Below, in pieces: positions 36,830 through 49,677 of a stretch of DNA of 64,000 bases. The notes under the pieces are model-generated. The model saw nothing but the letters and a program-made list of their open reading frames with translations, made no database searches and had not been told where the DNA came from. The position numbers were made by a program, and so were the translations under genes. Numbering within the stretch: the first letter of the stretch is position 1; every line of letters starts with the position of its first letter. Source of the stretch: Octopus vulgaris (taxonomy: Eukaryota); assembly GCA_951406725.2 (NCBI GenBank), contig OX597824.1, positions 74,462,001 to 74,526,000 of the forward strand, read 5' to 3'.

Positions 36830-38170
36830 CTCAAGGTGGAAAGTGAGACAGGTACTAGAAAAAGCAAAACCTCCTAAACCAAACATCACTAAGGAAGAAA
36901 AGTTCGCTATCAAAGGACTACAGAGTGACAATTCCATCATAATACTTCCAGCAGACAAGGGAAATGCTACAGTGGTGATGAACAAGTCTGACTACTCCGA
37001 AAAGTTGATAAGTCTTATAACTGATGGTAGCTACAGCAAAGTAAAGAAAGACCCTACTTTGAAAACAGAGAGGAAGTTGTCACAGATCTTGACCAAGAAC
37101 AAGGATCACTTTACACCAATGAAGTACAGACAACTGACTCAACACCATAGTAAACTGTCATGTACGGTTTTCCTAAGATTCACAAGGATGGTATTCCATT
37201 AAGACCTATAGTGAGCTGTAGAGGTTCAGCATGTCATTCGCTGAGCTGCTTCCTTGTGGATATAATCAGTCCATTAGCAGGAAAGTCAACATCGTATGTG
37301 AAGAATTCCACCCACTTCACAGAATTAATCAAGGATACCCCCATTGAATCCAACCAGATGGTGAGCCCAGATGTGATAAGCCTGTTCACCAAAATCCCAA
37401 CTGGTGAAGCACTATTGGTGATACAAGAAAAACTAGTGACAGAAACTCATCTAAAAAAAGAACGCACTAGTATACCAATAAGAAACTTGATGGAAATGTT
37501 GACCTTCTGTGTAGAAACTACCTACTTCAGTATGGACACTGATATATATCGACAAGAGGAGTGTTTAGCTATGGGCTCACCATTATCACCGGTAATAGCT
37601 GATATATACATGGAATACTTTGAGAATTTGACTTTAGGATCAACACTATGGCTACGATATGTTGACACCTTTTTACTCTGGCCCCACCAGGAAGATGTCC
37701 AAGTGCTGTTAGATCATGTGTACTCAATAAGCCATCCATACAGTTCACAATGGAAAAGAAAAAAGACAATCAGCTGGCATTCCTGGACGTATTAATAACA
37801 CACACCAAGTATGGATTTAGGGCATCCGTATACCACAAGCTGACCTTTACCTGATGATACCTCAACTTCAATTCCCACCAACCATACAGTGTAAAGAGAG
37901 GGATTGCTCAGTGCCTAAAACATCGTGCAAAGAATGTAAGTAGCGATTGTGACACACACCATGAAGAAATGATCAAGCTCAATAACGATCTGTTAAGCAA
38001 CAACTACCCCAGAAGTATACTATCCACTCCAATTATGAAGAAGAGAGAGGATGAGGCCAATAAACCGTCCACAGTCTGACGCCACTTCGCAATTATCTCC
38101 TTCGAGTAAAACCACAAATAGAAGAGAATATGACCAAATACTGTGTGTACTCCATCCCATGCGGTTATTT
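36830..38170 (+). pseudogene. Penelope-like retroelement reverse transcriptase (Penelope/Poseidon-like), frameshifted and 5'-truncated
   Basis: PNITKEE..AI..L...IIILPADKGNATVVM, YGFPKIHKDGIPLRPIVS, DVISLFT, AMGSPLSPVIADIYME, WLRYVD, QFTME...LAFLDVLI, YLNFNSH, then CVYSIPC (start of GIY-YIG). Confidence 0.92.
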
Positions 38171-38274
38171 TTCAAAAGTCTTCATTTTGGTGCGCTAAAT
38201 TACAGGAAAATAATACTGTAGAAAATAATTTACTGCAGTGGCTTTTGCTGATTAGAGAATGTATTAATTTAAAT

Positions 38275-38857
38275 TTAAATTTAAAATTAGGGTGAGAAAT
38301 TGGATATTAATTTAATTAAATTAACATCAATTTAACACCAGTGGTCTAGCATATAAAATCTAAAGGTTCAGTAAAGTGTATTATACAAATGAGAGGGATG
38401 ACCACTATGTGGACAACCCTTATGCTAGAAGTAGATCCGCTTGTATCTAGGTAAAACTAGATACAAGTTTGCCTCGAGCAGACATCTCCGTATATAGTTC
38501 TGCAAATTATATTTGTATAGACGATCACACTGAGGATCTATGGACAAATTGCATAAGTAAAAATTATGTAATATGTTAATAGTGAAACATGTATGTGAAT
38601 AATCTATATTTTGTTACTTTTCATTTGTCTTGCTCGCTTATGTTCTGGTGTTTGCTAAATTTTTCTTGAGAGCATTTCTTAGTGGTAAGACCACAGCAAA
38701 TCTACTTCTAGCATAAGGGTTGTCCACATAGTGGTCATCCCTCTCATTTGTATATAATACGCTTTACTGAACCTTCAGATTTTATATGCTAGACTACTGG
38801 TGTTAAATTGATGTTAATTAAATTAATATCCAATTTCTCACCCTCATTTTAAATTTA
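38275..38857. repeat. Fold-back module (arms of about 160 bp) with a hammerhead motif in the spacer; probable Penelope-like terminal repeat relic
   Basis: About 38275-38436 is the near reverse complement of about 38700-38857; followed by (TA)n. Confidence 0.88.
38525..38598 (+). ncRNA. Type-I hammerhead ribozyme motif
   Basis: TCACA|CTGAGGA|T-ctat..attgcataa(loop)ttatgtaat..atag-T|GAAAC|AT|GTA|TGTGA, with a perfect 5-bp stem I and ACATGT palindrome. Confidence 0.8.
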
Positions 38858-40703
38858 TATATATGTATATATATATGTGTGTGTGTGTGTGTATGTATAT
38901 GTGTCTGTGTTTGTCCCCTACTACTACTTGAGAAACTGGTGCTAGTGTGTTATCATCTCTGTAACTTAGTGGTTTGGCAAAAGAGACCTATAGAATAAGT
39001 ACCAAGCTTTAAAAAAAACAGTTAGTACTAGGCTAATTAATTTGACTAAAAGTTCTTCAAGGCAGTGCCCCAGCATGGCCTCATGGCCTGAAAGAAAGTA
39101 AAAGATAAAAGATCAATGTTTAATGATGCAAATCTGTGAAAGTCGTCAAATATTTTATAAATACATATTCAAAGCCTCTGACCATTGTCCAATTTCTCTA
39201 GAAAAGGAACAAGAATAAATATCTTTTCTACTCTAGGAACAAGGCCTGAAATTTTGGGACAGGTGGGGGCCAGTCAATTAGATCAACCCCAGTACGCAAC
39301 TGGTACTTAAATTATCGACCCCGAAAGGATGAAAGGCAAAGTTGACCTCGGCAGAATTTGAACTCAGAACGTAAAGACAGACTAAATACTGCTAAGCATT
39401 TCACCCAGCATGCTAACATTTCTTATTTCTTTATTGCCCACATGTGCATTTATGCAGCACTGGCACAGATGCGTTAATACATCACCAGCATGGGTGCTTT
39501 TTAAGTGGCACCAGCACTTGAAAATTATTAGAAATGGTAAATGTATATGAATAGAATTACAACGATTCAGCTTGTGGACCTGCACAGAAATTTGTTGGTG
39601 ACAGTTCTTCATTTCTGCTCTCAGTTTGAGCCTCTAAATTTATACACTATCTTTCAAAGAGGTTTTATTAAAGAATTTGTACATTGTGGAAGAGAAACAA
39701 TAATCACTTTACAGAAAGTACAGGGTGCATTTGGTCATGGCACCAGCATTGAAGAGGTTGTAATGTCCTTGGCAGGATTAGAGGGTCTTCTCAGTCTCAC
39801 ATTTTACAGAGAATACTGGGTACATTTTATCTAACCCTATAATCTGAAAAAATGAGAATTTCTAGGAAAAATAAATTTAGGTGACTTGTTTGTGAGCCCA
39901 GCTTAAAATATTTAACCTTTTGAAGAGAATTCGGTGAATATTTCATTGTTCAGGTAGATGTTCACCAGAGATCTTTTCTGAATCCATTTCTCTTCAGTGC
40001 AGTTCTTGAGACATTAGTGCAATATGTTAGGACAGGATGCCATTTGGAACTTTGTATGCTTGTGCCTTTGTTCTGGAGAGGTCAAAGAGTCCAACAATCT
40101 TGTGAGGAAATGTCTACTTGACATATGGTTTCTTGACCTACTGGAATACTAGGTGCAGTATGGCTGAGTGGTTAGGAAGTTTGCTTTGAAATTACAAGGT
40201 CTTTGGTTCAATCTCATTGCATGGTGTCTTGAGCAAGTGTTTTTTTTATTGATTGTCTCCGGCCAATCCTAAGCCTTGTAAGTGAAATTAGGAAGATGGA
40301 AACTGTGGAAAGCCACTGTATGGATTGCATAATGATGGTGGTGGTGATGATGATGATGATGATGAAAAGGTGTGTGCAATTTGAGGGAGATTTAACTGTT
40401 ATTTCTAACAAGACCAATGACCTTGTAGATGATGGTTTCCCCATCCTTGTATTGCTATTGTTTAACTTCAGGGTGATCCTGATCAAGCAAACCTTTGATC
40501 AAAGACATTCCAAGTTATGTGACCTTCCCATCAGTTATTTTAAGGGTGTATTACCTTCATTGCCTCGTGCAATCTGCCTTTCTTTTTGCTTTCAAGACAA
40601 CAGTGCAGTGTGGTATGATTTGAGGGAGAGTTAGTAGCTATTTCCAGCAGGATGAGTGGCCACATAGAGCCTTAGTCATTGTATATGTCTGTGTGTAAGT
40701 ATA

Positions 40704-40766
<63 letters not shown>

Positions 40767-41099
40767 CTGTGTGTATGTATGTGTGTAATAGATAGCATTT
40801 AAAGCTAGATGGTTTTGGTGAGGTGGAGTTTGCTCTTAGGAAGGGCACTTAAGGCCTCTAATTGAACTTGAGTGACAGATAAGTCTCTTCCTGGTTCTGT
40901 TCTAAGTTTAGTGAATTCCACTTAGAAAACAGGACACAACACACAGCAACCTTTTCGAGTTTCATGTCATTCAATACAATTCAAGGTTATTGGTGTTGTT
41001 GTTGTTGTAACTGTTGTAGTTATTGTGGTTGCTGTTGTCGTTATTATTCTTTTCTATTATAGGCACAAGGCCTGAAGTTTGTTATTATTATTATTATTA

Positions 41100-41182
41100 T
41101 TCTATGTTTGACTTTTGCTTTATGTCTGTACAAGTTGGCTCCAAGTCTCACCCAGAGACCTCAAGAGACAACAGGTTAGAAG
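41100..41182 (-). mobile_element. Short 3' end of an R4/Dong-like element next to (TAA)n
   Basis: Minus strand TGAGGTCTCTGGGTGAGACTTG resembles 62314-62335; ends in (TAA)n. Confidence 0.5.
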
Positions 41183-41346
<164 letters not shown>

Positions 41347-41488
41347 TTAATTCCGTCAAGGTTGACTTTGCCTTTCATCCTTTCGGGGTCAATAAATTAA
41401 GTACCAGTTACGCGTAATCGACTTAATCCATTTGTCTGTCCTTGTTTGTCCCCTCTGTGTTTAGCCCCTTGTGGGTAGTAAAGAAATA

Positions 41489-41540
<52 letters not shown>

Positions 41541-42663
41541 ATTGTTATTGTTACTGATGTTGTTGTTGTTGTTGTTACTGTTGCTGGTGCAGATGTTGAT
41601 ATTGTCGATGTTTGCTGTTGTTGATGTTGTTGCTATTTCTGTTGCAAATATTACTTACCACACAGCCACTCCTGCGCCTATAAATAATTTGTATTATTTT
41701 TTGTAATTTGTATTCATACAAAGCAGTCACCAATAAAAGTTTTTTGGTTTCAAATAGAAAGAAAGTTCATTCAATACTTTCTCCAAGTGTTTCTTTAATA
41801 TAACAATATTTAGCAGTTATCCCGAAAAATATTTATAGAAAACAATATCTGGTACTCGACTTGCGCGAATTTCGAATTGCGCGTCCCCCAATTACTCGCG
41901 CAAGTCGAGGAATCCCTGTATTATATTTGACAGAATAATCTGAATGCGAAAGGGTTAAAAAATGAACTCTGGCTGACTGCACAACCATAGCCTGAGACAA
42001 AAATCAATGGAGGAAGATAGACCATGTATGCAAAGTCCCTGACCCTTAACGCTAAAGATGGGAACAGACAAGACAAAGCAACAGACACAAGGCCAGGCAT
42101 TTTGAGGAGATGGATCAGTTGATAAAATCAGCCCCAGTACTTGACTCGTCTGTTATTTTATGAACCCTTAAAGTGGCTAAAAGGCAAAGTCAAGCCTTGG
42201 TAGGATTTGAACTCAGTACTTAAAAGAGCTAGAATAAATACTACAAAGTATTTTGTCAGAGACTCTAATGGTTCTAGGAATTCACATTACCTTGTTAATG
42301 ACAAAACAAAATACAGGTTTAAAATTTTGGCACAAGGCCAGCAGTTTTGGTGGAGGGGTAAGTTGATTGCATCAACCCCAGTGCTTAATTGATACTTATT
42401 TTATCGACCCCAAAAGATAAAGAACTAAGTTGACCTTGGTAGGATTTGAACCCAGAACATAAAGACAAATGAAAAGTTGCTGAGTATTTGGCCCATCAAA
42501 TTAACGACTCTGCCATATACGAACGGCTGCCGACTGGTCGAGCCCCCGCTCGCCAATGGAGGACATCATCTTCGGGCTGCCGATTCCGCTTCTTCTCTGC
42601 CAGCTCACCATCTTATGACAAAAGAAAATATTATTTTCATTTATGTAATTCTTCTTTGTTTAA

Positions 42664-42845
42664 CCCTTTTGATACAAACCAGGCTGAAAGTTTTGAATTA
42701 AAATCTTCCATCCAACCTTTGTAACAATTTATGTTCCTAACATCAGCTTAATGATAACTAAGTTACTTTACTAAATTCTTCGTTATATTTAAAATTAATT
42801 GAAAGAAACACACAGTATCTCAAAATAAGTATGGTAACAAAAGGG
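42664..42845. mobile_element. piggyBac MITE, internally deleted
   Basis: TTAA-flanked CCCTTT/AAAGGG ends; homologous to 4594-4816. Confidence 0.85.
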
Positions 42846-43238
42846 TTAACATGATGTTGGACAAAAGTTTAAATGTCTGCTCCATGCCTTTTTTCAATCC
42901 TCATAGTCCTTTGTACGTGAAACATTGTCTGATTTAATTACAACAAAAACGTTATCATATATCACATCTGATACAATTCTATACTCTTTCTTCTCAGTTT
43001 TTCATATTCAAGTGTCAGCATATTGTTTCACAGACATAACTGCTGACCTGGTTGTATCTGTGGACACATCCTGTCTTTGCTAACACAAGCTATTGGTGTC
43101 ATCAGTTGGTTGTTTGTGCTGACTGCATGGTTTAAAGTTAATTTACATTCTGTAGTCGTTTTCTGATTAACCTTCTCAAACTTGAGCCTCAGATTTTGCT
43201 CTCCACCAGCTCCTATACAAAAAAAAATAATAATAATT

Positions 43239-43652
43239 AGGCGTTAGAGTGGCTGTGTGGTAAGTAGCTTGCTTACCAACCACATGGTTCCGGGTTCAGT
43301 CCCACTGCATGGCACCTTGGGCAAGTGTCTTCTACTATAACCTCGGGCCGACCAAAGCCTTGTGAGTGGATTTGGTAGACGGAAGCTGAAAAATAGCCCA
43401 TCGTATATATGTATATATATATATGTATGTGTATGTGTATATGTTTGTGTGACTGTGTTTGTCCCCCCAACATTGCTTGACAACCGATGCTGGCGTGATT
43501 ACGTCCCCGTAACTTAGCGGTTCGGCAAAAGAGACCAATAGAATAAGTACTAGGCTTCCAAAGAATAAGTCCTGGGGTCGATTTGCTTGACTAAAAGGCG
43601 GTGCTCCAGCATGGCCGCAGTCAAATGACTGAAACAAGTAAAAGAGTAAAAG
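43239..43652 (+). mobile_element. SINE family B copy
   Basis: Homologous to the other family B copies. Confidence 0.88.
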
Positions 43653-43930
43653 AGAGATACATATGCAGCTCAAGAGTAATGATTTCAGGCAAGCTAATGG
43701 AGAGAATCAGCTATTTCTTCTTTTTCTACTTGTGTTGTTCATTACTGCTTTACCAGGAACCCAGCAGAGATGATATTTGTGCTGTTCCTGCTATAGCAGG
43801 AACATGGCTTGGCAGGGTTAATGATTGATCCTGCGCAACTCAAATCAGACCTTTTGTTTTGCAATAGTCAGAACTTTTGAGTCATTACTGGATTTCACCC
43901 AGGCTTTCCTCTCCCCCATCAGGTTATCAC

Positions 43931-44957
43931 TGTAGTGAGGCACAAGACGCCAGCGCCATTTTGAACTTGATCTTACCTGCAACCATGCATGAAACAATGA
44001 GATTCTTGCTGGCAACCAGTATTTAAGCAAGAAACAATGATATTCACTCTCTCATTTCTTCTTATGCTTCCACCAAGAAACACTGCATAACCAGCAGCTC
44101 GCAGCGGACTCTTGTCCCGCTCTGACTCCACATGTTTATCCCCAGAGGTAATGAACCTCATGTGTACAGAGTTAAGACAAACCACCGTTGACCACAAACC
44201 ACCTTTGACCACACCATCACCTACACCTCCACCTTCGTTGCCACAACCTAACACAAACAAACCTTATGTCACCAGGACAGTCCGTACTGTGCATTGGCCC
44301 CAAAAATTTACCAGAACTATTTATATCTGACAACCTCTTTTGTGTTTCCTGTGACAGACAATTGCCTTCTTGTGTTACTGAACAATTCCAATGCTTTGCC
44401 ATTGAACATTTTGTCATAATTTTGTGCTTGCCCATTTATATTTCTTGTAATTATTTTCTTTTGACTTGTCATATTTTGTACCATATCTCGTTTGCGATCA
44501 GTTACCATCTTTGCTCTTTTCTTGTGCCTGCTCCAGTTATTCTCTATTTTCCCACTAACATTCTCAGGGGGTAGCCCCTGCAGCAAGGCACAAGAAGCTA
44601 GTGCCATTTTGAATGAGATCTCACCTGCAACCATTTGCCATGCACAAGACAACGAGATTCTCACCAGCAACTGGTATTTAAGCAAGAAACGACATTCACT
44701 CTCTCATTTCTTCTCACGCTTACACGGAGAAACACTGCATAGCCATCATCTCATAGTGGACTCTTGTCCTGCTCTGATTCCACATGCTTATCACCAGAGG
44801 TAATGAACCTCACATGTACGGAGTTAAGACACACCACGTGCTGCTATAAAGATGGTCACTGAGAGCGAACCACATGAATGAGAACTCTGTAAATAAATGG
44901 CTATTGAATTATACTCCGCTTGTGAACTTCTTTGTGTTCCAGATCCTTGAAACTACA
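43931..44957 (+). mobile_element. Internally deleted Gypsy-like LTR retrotransposon (partial 5' LTR 43931-44185, full 3' LTR 44579-44957)
   Basis: Diverged direct repeat of about 255 bp; TG...CA ends (tgtag/ctaca); AATAAA at about 44892; G-rich PPT-like tract before 44579; internal peptide PYVTRTVRTVHWP resembles a Gypsy Pol C-terminus. Confidence 0.75.
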
Positions 44958-45406
44958 AAAATAATTATAATGAGAGGAGATACTCCACAGGTAACATAAA
45001 CTTTCCATTCCATTATATCACCATCATAACCAGAGGCATTGTTGTTGTTATATCTACGTTTCTATACTTACATGGGTTAGAAGGGTCCTTTATAATACCA
45101 CACTGTTCAATACCAACAATAGCTTGTTTGGGTCCTTCACGACACTATGGTGTTATAAAAGACCCAGGCAAGCTATCTGTCAAGTCCATTGTCAGATTCA
45201 CCATCCTGAGCTCAACTTTTACTACTACTGTCCCTGCCTTTCTGGGACCTCCTCTTCCGCAGTTTCCTTCCACTTGGGTTTCCTGGTACTTCTTTACCAT
45301 TCATACACATTAACTCTTTTATTACCATATTTCTGTTGAAATACACTAACTTTCATTCAATTAATTCTGAAAAATAATAAAAAATTTAGTAAAATAACAT
45401 TATCAT

Positions 45407-45808
45407 TCTCTTTACTTGTTTCAGTCATTTGATTGTGGCCATGGTGGAGCACCGCCTTTAGTCGAACAAATCGACCCCAGGACTTATTCTTTGTAAGCCT
45501 AGTACTTATTCTATCATTCTCTTTTGCTAAACTGTTAAGTTACGGGGATGCAAACACACCAGCATCGGTTCTCAAACGATGTTGGTGGGACAAACACAGA
45601 CGCAAAAAAAATAAACACACACATGCATATATATATATATATATATATACGATGGGCTTCTTTCAGTTTCCATCTACCAAATCCACTCACAAGGCTTTGG
45701 TCGGCCCGAGGCTATAGAAGAACACACTTGTCCAATGTGCCACGCAGTGGGACTGAACCTGGAACCATGTGGTTCATAAGCAAGCTACTTACCACACAGC
45801 CACTCCTA
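45407..45808 (-). mobile_element. SINE family B copy inserted in an old TTAA MITE (about 45314-45938)
   Basis: SINE homology; flanks resemble the piggyBac MITE in reverse orientation. Confidence 0.75.
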
Positions 45809-46084
45809 TTGTTAATTTGAAATTTGGAACATAAACTAATGTGAAATTTTGATGCAATATTTATATATTTATCACTTTAAAACAGGAAGTTTATGTCATA
45901 GAACCAAATGCAATTTCAAGGGATTGGTATCAAAAGTGTTAAATATCTTCGTCCATGCAGTTGGCTCCCTTGAACACTATACTTGATTCCTTTTGTACCC
46001 AGTTCATCTTTCAACTCATTTGTATCATATCATCCCTGCACACAGACATTACCTATTCAGCAGAGCATACTTACTTCATTTCTT

Positions 46085-46747
46085 ATTTCTTTACTGCCCA
46101 AAAGGGGCTACACACAGAGGAGACAAACAAGGACAGACAAAGGGATTAAGTCGATTATATCGACCCCAGTGCGTGACTGGTACTTATTTTATCAACCCCG
46201 AAAAGATGAAATGTAAAGTCGACCGCGGCAGAATTTAAACTCAGAACGTAGCGGCAGGCGAAATACCGCTAAGCATTTCGCCCAGCATGCTAACATTTCT
46301 TCCAGCTTGCCGCCTTTTGACGAAATACCTATTTCTTTACTGCCTACAAGGGGCTAAACACAGAGAGGAAAAACAAGGACAGACAAACGGATTAAGTCGA
46401 TTATATCGACACCAGTGCGTGACTGGTACTTATTTAATCGACCCCGAAATAAATGAAAGGTAAAGTTGACCTCGGCAGAATTTGAACTCAGAACATAGCG
46501 GCAGACGAAATACCTATTTCTTTACTACCTACAAGGGGCTAAACACAGAGGGGACAAACAAGGACAGACAAACGGATTAAGTCGATTATATCAACCCCAG
46601 TGCAGGACTGGTAGTTATTTAATCGACCCCGAAAGGATGAAAGGCAAAGTTGACCTTGGCGGAATTTGAACTCAGAACGTAGCGGCAGATGAAATACCAC
46701 TAAGGATTTCGCCTGGCATGCTAACGCTTCTGCCAGCTCGCTGCCTT
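46085..46747 (-). mobile_element. SINE family A trimer within one TSD
   Basis: TSD at(a/g)cttacttcatttctt at 46067-46084 and 46748-46765. Confidence 0.9.
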
Positions 46748-47091
46748 ATGCTTACTTCATTTCTTGATATTTTTCTAACCTTTGCTCATATCCACATCTA
46801 CTATCCATGCAGCATCATGCTTTATATACCAGCAACCTACAAAAAAAAAAAATTTTTAACATCCTGTTCCTTTTCTGGTTTCTATACTTCGAGAGCACAC
46901 ATCCCTGCTGCTGATTAGTAAATAGAGAAGGGGGCTTATCTCCCAATTTTTAACCCCTTTAGTATAATTTTGAAGTTCCAGTTTGATATTTGCCTTGTTA
47001 TTTTTGTTTTTTTTGAAACTTTTTCTTCAATGTAATTAACCTACAATTTGTAGTTTATTGTTTCTTAGTACACACACACAACACAACCATG

Positions 47092-47129
<38 letters not shown>

Positions 47130-47482
47130 TTGATTTCTTTATGTTTCCTTATTACACTAATAAGCATCCCTTTGCTCTCTCCTAAGTGTTTTGCCAGATC
47201 CACTTCATTATTTTATAGCAATTCTCTATTCGCATCAAGCCCCTTCCTCCCTGTCTACATGGTAGATAAATCTTGTTCATATCTTAGTCAGGATAGCTGG
47301 TAGGTCTAGAATGCATTGAGTCATTTTCTAGATTTTCTATCTGAGCCCTTCAGTTCAATTAATTTCCAATTTGTTTATGTTGTAACTGTAATTTATGACA
47401 TATTTCTAGCACTGACTTAAGTCTGATTCTTTTGTAGTATATACATATCAATACATACATACATACATGCATACATACAAAC

Positions 47483-47526
<44 letters not shown>

Positions 47527-47532
<6 letters not shown>

Positions 47533-47730
47533 ACCGTTAGCTCCTACACGCATTTTTTTCTCTCCTTGTTTCTCTCCTTGTTTCTTTTCTGTGTATCTTT
47601 CTGTCAAAGAGCGTAGGCTCGAAACGTAAAAGACTTGTTCTATTTCTATTCCTGAGCGCCATACTAATACATTTGTTTGTTTGTACTCCACCTGCCTTCG
47701 TCTTTTGTTTATTTTCATAAACCTTCCCGT
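47527..47730 (+). mobile_element. Module of about 200 bp in (TA)n with a minimal hammerhead-like motif at 47596-47633
   Basis: TCTTT|CTGTCAA|A|GAGC-gtag-GCTC|GAAAC|GTA|AAAGA; decayed antisense relatives at about 25412-25645 and 50245-50440. Confidence 0.6.
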
Positions 47731-47736
47731 TATATA

Positions 47737-47774
<38 letters not shown>

Positions 47775-47776
<2 letters not shown>

Positions 47777-48800
47777 TTCTTTTATTCTTTTATTTGTTTC
47801 AGTCATTTGACTGGGCATACTAGAGGACCACTGTTAGTCGAACAAATAAACCCCAGGACTTATTCTTCGTAAGCCTAGTACTTATTCTATCGGTCTCTTT
47901 TACTGAACTGCTAAGTTACAGGGTCGTAAACACACCAACATTGGTTGTCAAGTCATGGTGGTGAAGGGACAAACATATGCACATATACATACATACACAT
48001 ATACATATATATACATACATTCATACATACATACACACATATATATGTACGACAGGCTTCTTTCAGTTTCCATCTACCAAATCCATTCACAAGGCTTTGG
48101 TCAGCCTGAGGCTACAGTAGAAGACACTTGCCCAATGTGCCACCTAGTGTGATTGAACCTGGAACCATGTGGTTGATAAGCAAACTCCTTACCAATCGGC
48201 TGTATTTTCTACTATGGCCTCGGCTGACCAAAACCTTGTGAGTGCATGTGGTAGACGGAAACTGAAAGAAGCCCATCATACAGATAGACAGACAGACAGA
48301 TGCATGTATGTATGTATTTATGTGTGTGTGTCTTTGTGTCTGTGTTTGTGCCCCCACCATCGCTTGACAAGAGATGTTGGTGTGTTTACATCCCCATAAC
48401 TTAGCAGTTCAGCAAAAAAGACCGATAGAATAAGTACTAGACTAAGGGCGGTGAGCTGGCAGAATCGTTAGCATGCCGGGCAAAACGCTTAACAGTATTT
48501 CGTCTGCCATTATGTTCTGAGTTCAAACTCCGCCGAGGTCGACTTTGCCTTTCATCCTTTCGGGGTCAATTAAATAAGTACTAGTTATGCACTGGGGTCG
48601 CTGTAATCGACTTAATCCCTTTGTTTGCCCCCCACCTCTATGTTTAGCCCCCTGTGGGCAATAAAAAAATAAATAAGTACTTGACTAACAAAGAAAAATC
48701 CTGGGGTCAATTTCTTCGACTAAAAACCCTTTAAGGCAATGCTCCGGCATGGCTGCAGTGAAATGACTGAAACAAGTATAAGAATAAAAGAATAAAGGAA
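47775..48800. mobile_element. Two divergently oriented family B SINEs, the second containing a family A SINE (48446-48671)
   Basis: Homology; 17-bp TSD aataagtact(a/t)gactaa. Confidence 0.85.
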
Positions 48801-48833
48801 TTAAAGAATACAAGAATAAAAGAATACATTTGC

Positions 48834-49019
48834 TCATTCATTTCCTCTTTTATTTCTCACTATGTCTTGCACCTTATCAGTTTCATCTACTCCTAAGTAC
48901 TTGCATGGGTGGTGCTGTTTGAATTCTCTGATTTCGTAGTCTGTATCTAATCTAACGGTCTCAGTTTTAATTAATTTGCCTCTTCTCGGAGTAGTTTTGG
49001 CACGTTTCTCTAGATCCAT
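48834..49019 (-). pseudogene. R4/Dong-like RT C-terminal fragment
   Basis: DLEKRAKTTPRRGKLI...CKYLGV resembles GLDKCAK..F.RGK...YKYLG. Confidence 0.55.
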
Positions 49020-49487
49020 AGTAATTGTGTTTTTGTAATATTTTTAATATTTTTAATATTTTTAATATTCTGACTGAATTCTCCATGAACAGTATTAAGT
49101 GATACATTTATAGAAGTAGGTGTAGTATGTCTGAATCTGTTATCTTTTATCTTTTATCTTTTATTATTTTCTCTTACTTGTTTCAGTTGTTGGATTGTGG
49201 CCATGCTGGGGTACTACTTTCGAAGGGTTTTTAGTCAAACAAATCAAGCCCAGGACTTATTCTACAAGTCTCTTTTGCCAAACCTTTTAGTTACAGGGAT
49301 GTAAATAATCCAGCACTAGTTGTCAGGGGACAAACACAACACAAATACACACACACACACACACACACATACACACACATACACGTACACCATACACATA
49401 TGCACGCACACACGCACTCATACGCACACACACTACACACACACATCTTTGCCTTACCTTAATGCTTGTAGTCCTCTTTAACAATTA

Positions 49488-49499
49488 TATGTATGTATG

Positions 49500-49531
<32 letters not shown>

Positions 49532-49643
49532 CATGTATGTATGTATGCATGCATGTATATATGTATGTATGTATGTATGTATGCATGTATGTTTGTATGT
49601 ATGTATGCATGTATGTATGTATGCATGCATGTATGCATGCATG

Positions 49644-49677
<34 letters not shown>

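Noticed and set aside
39480-40130. Complex non-microsatellite segment, possibly coding
   Set aside because: Only short ORFs and no recognisable motif; probably an old transposon relic
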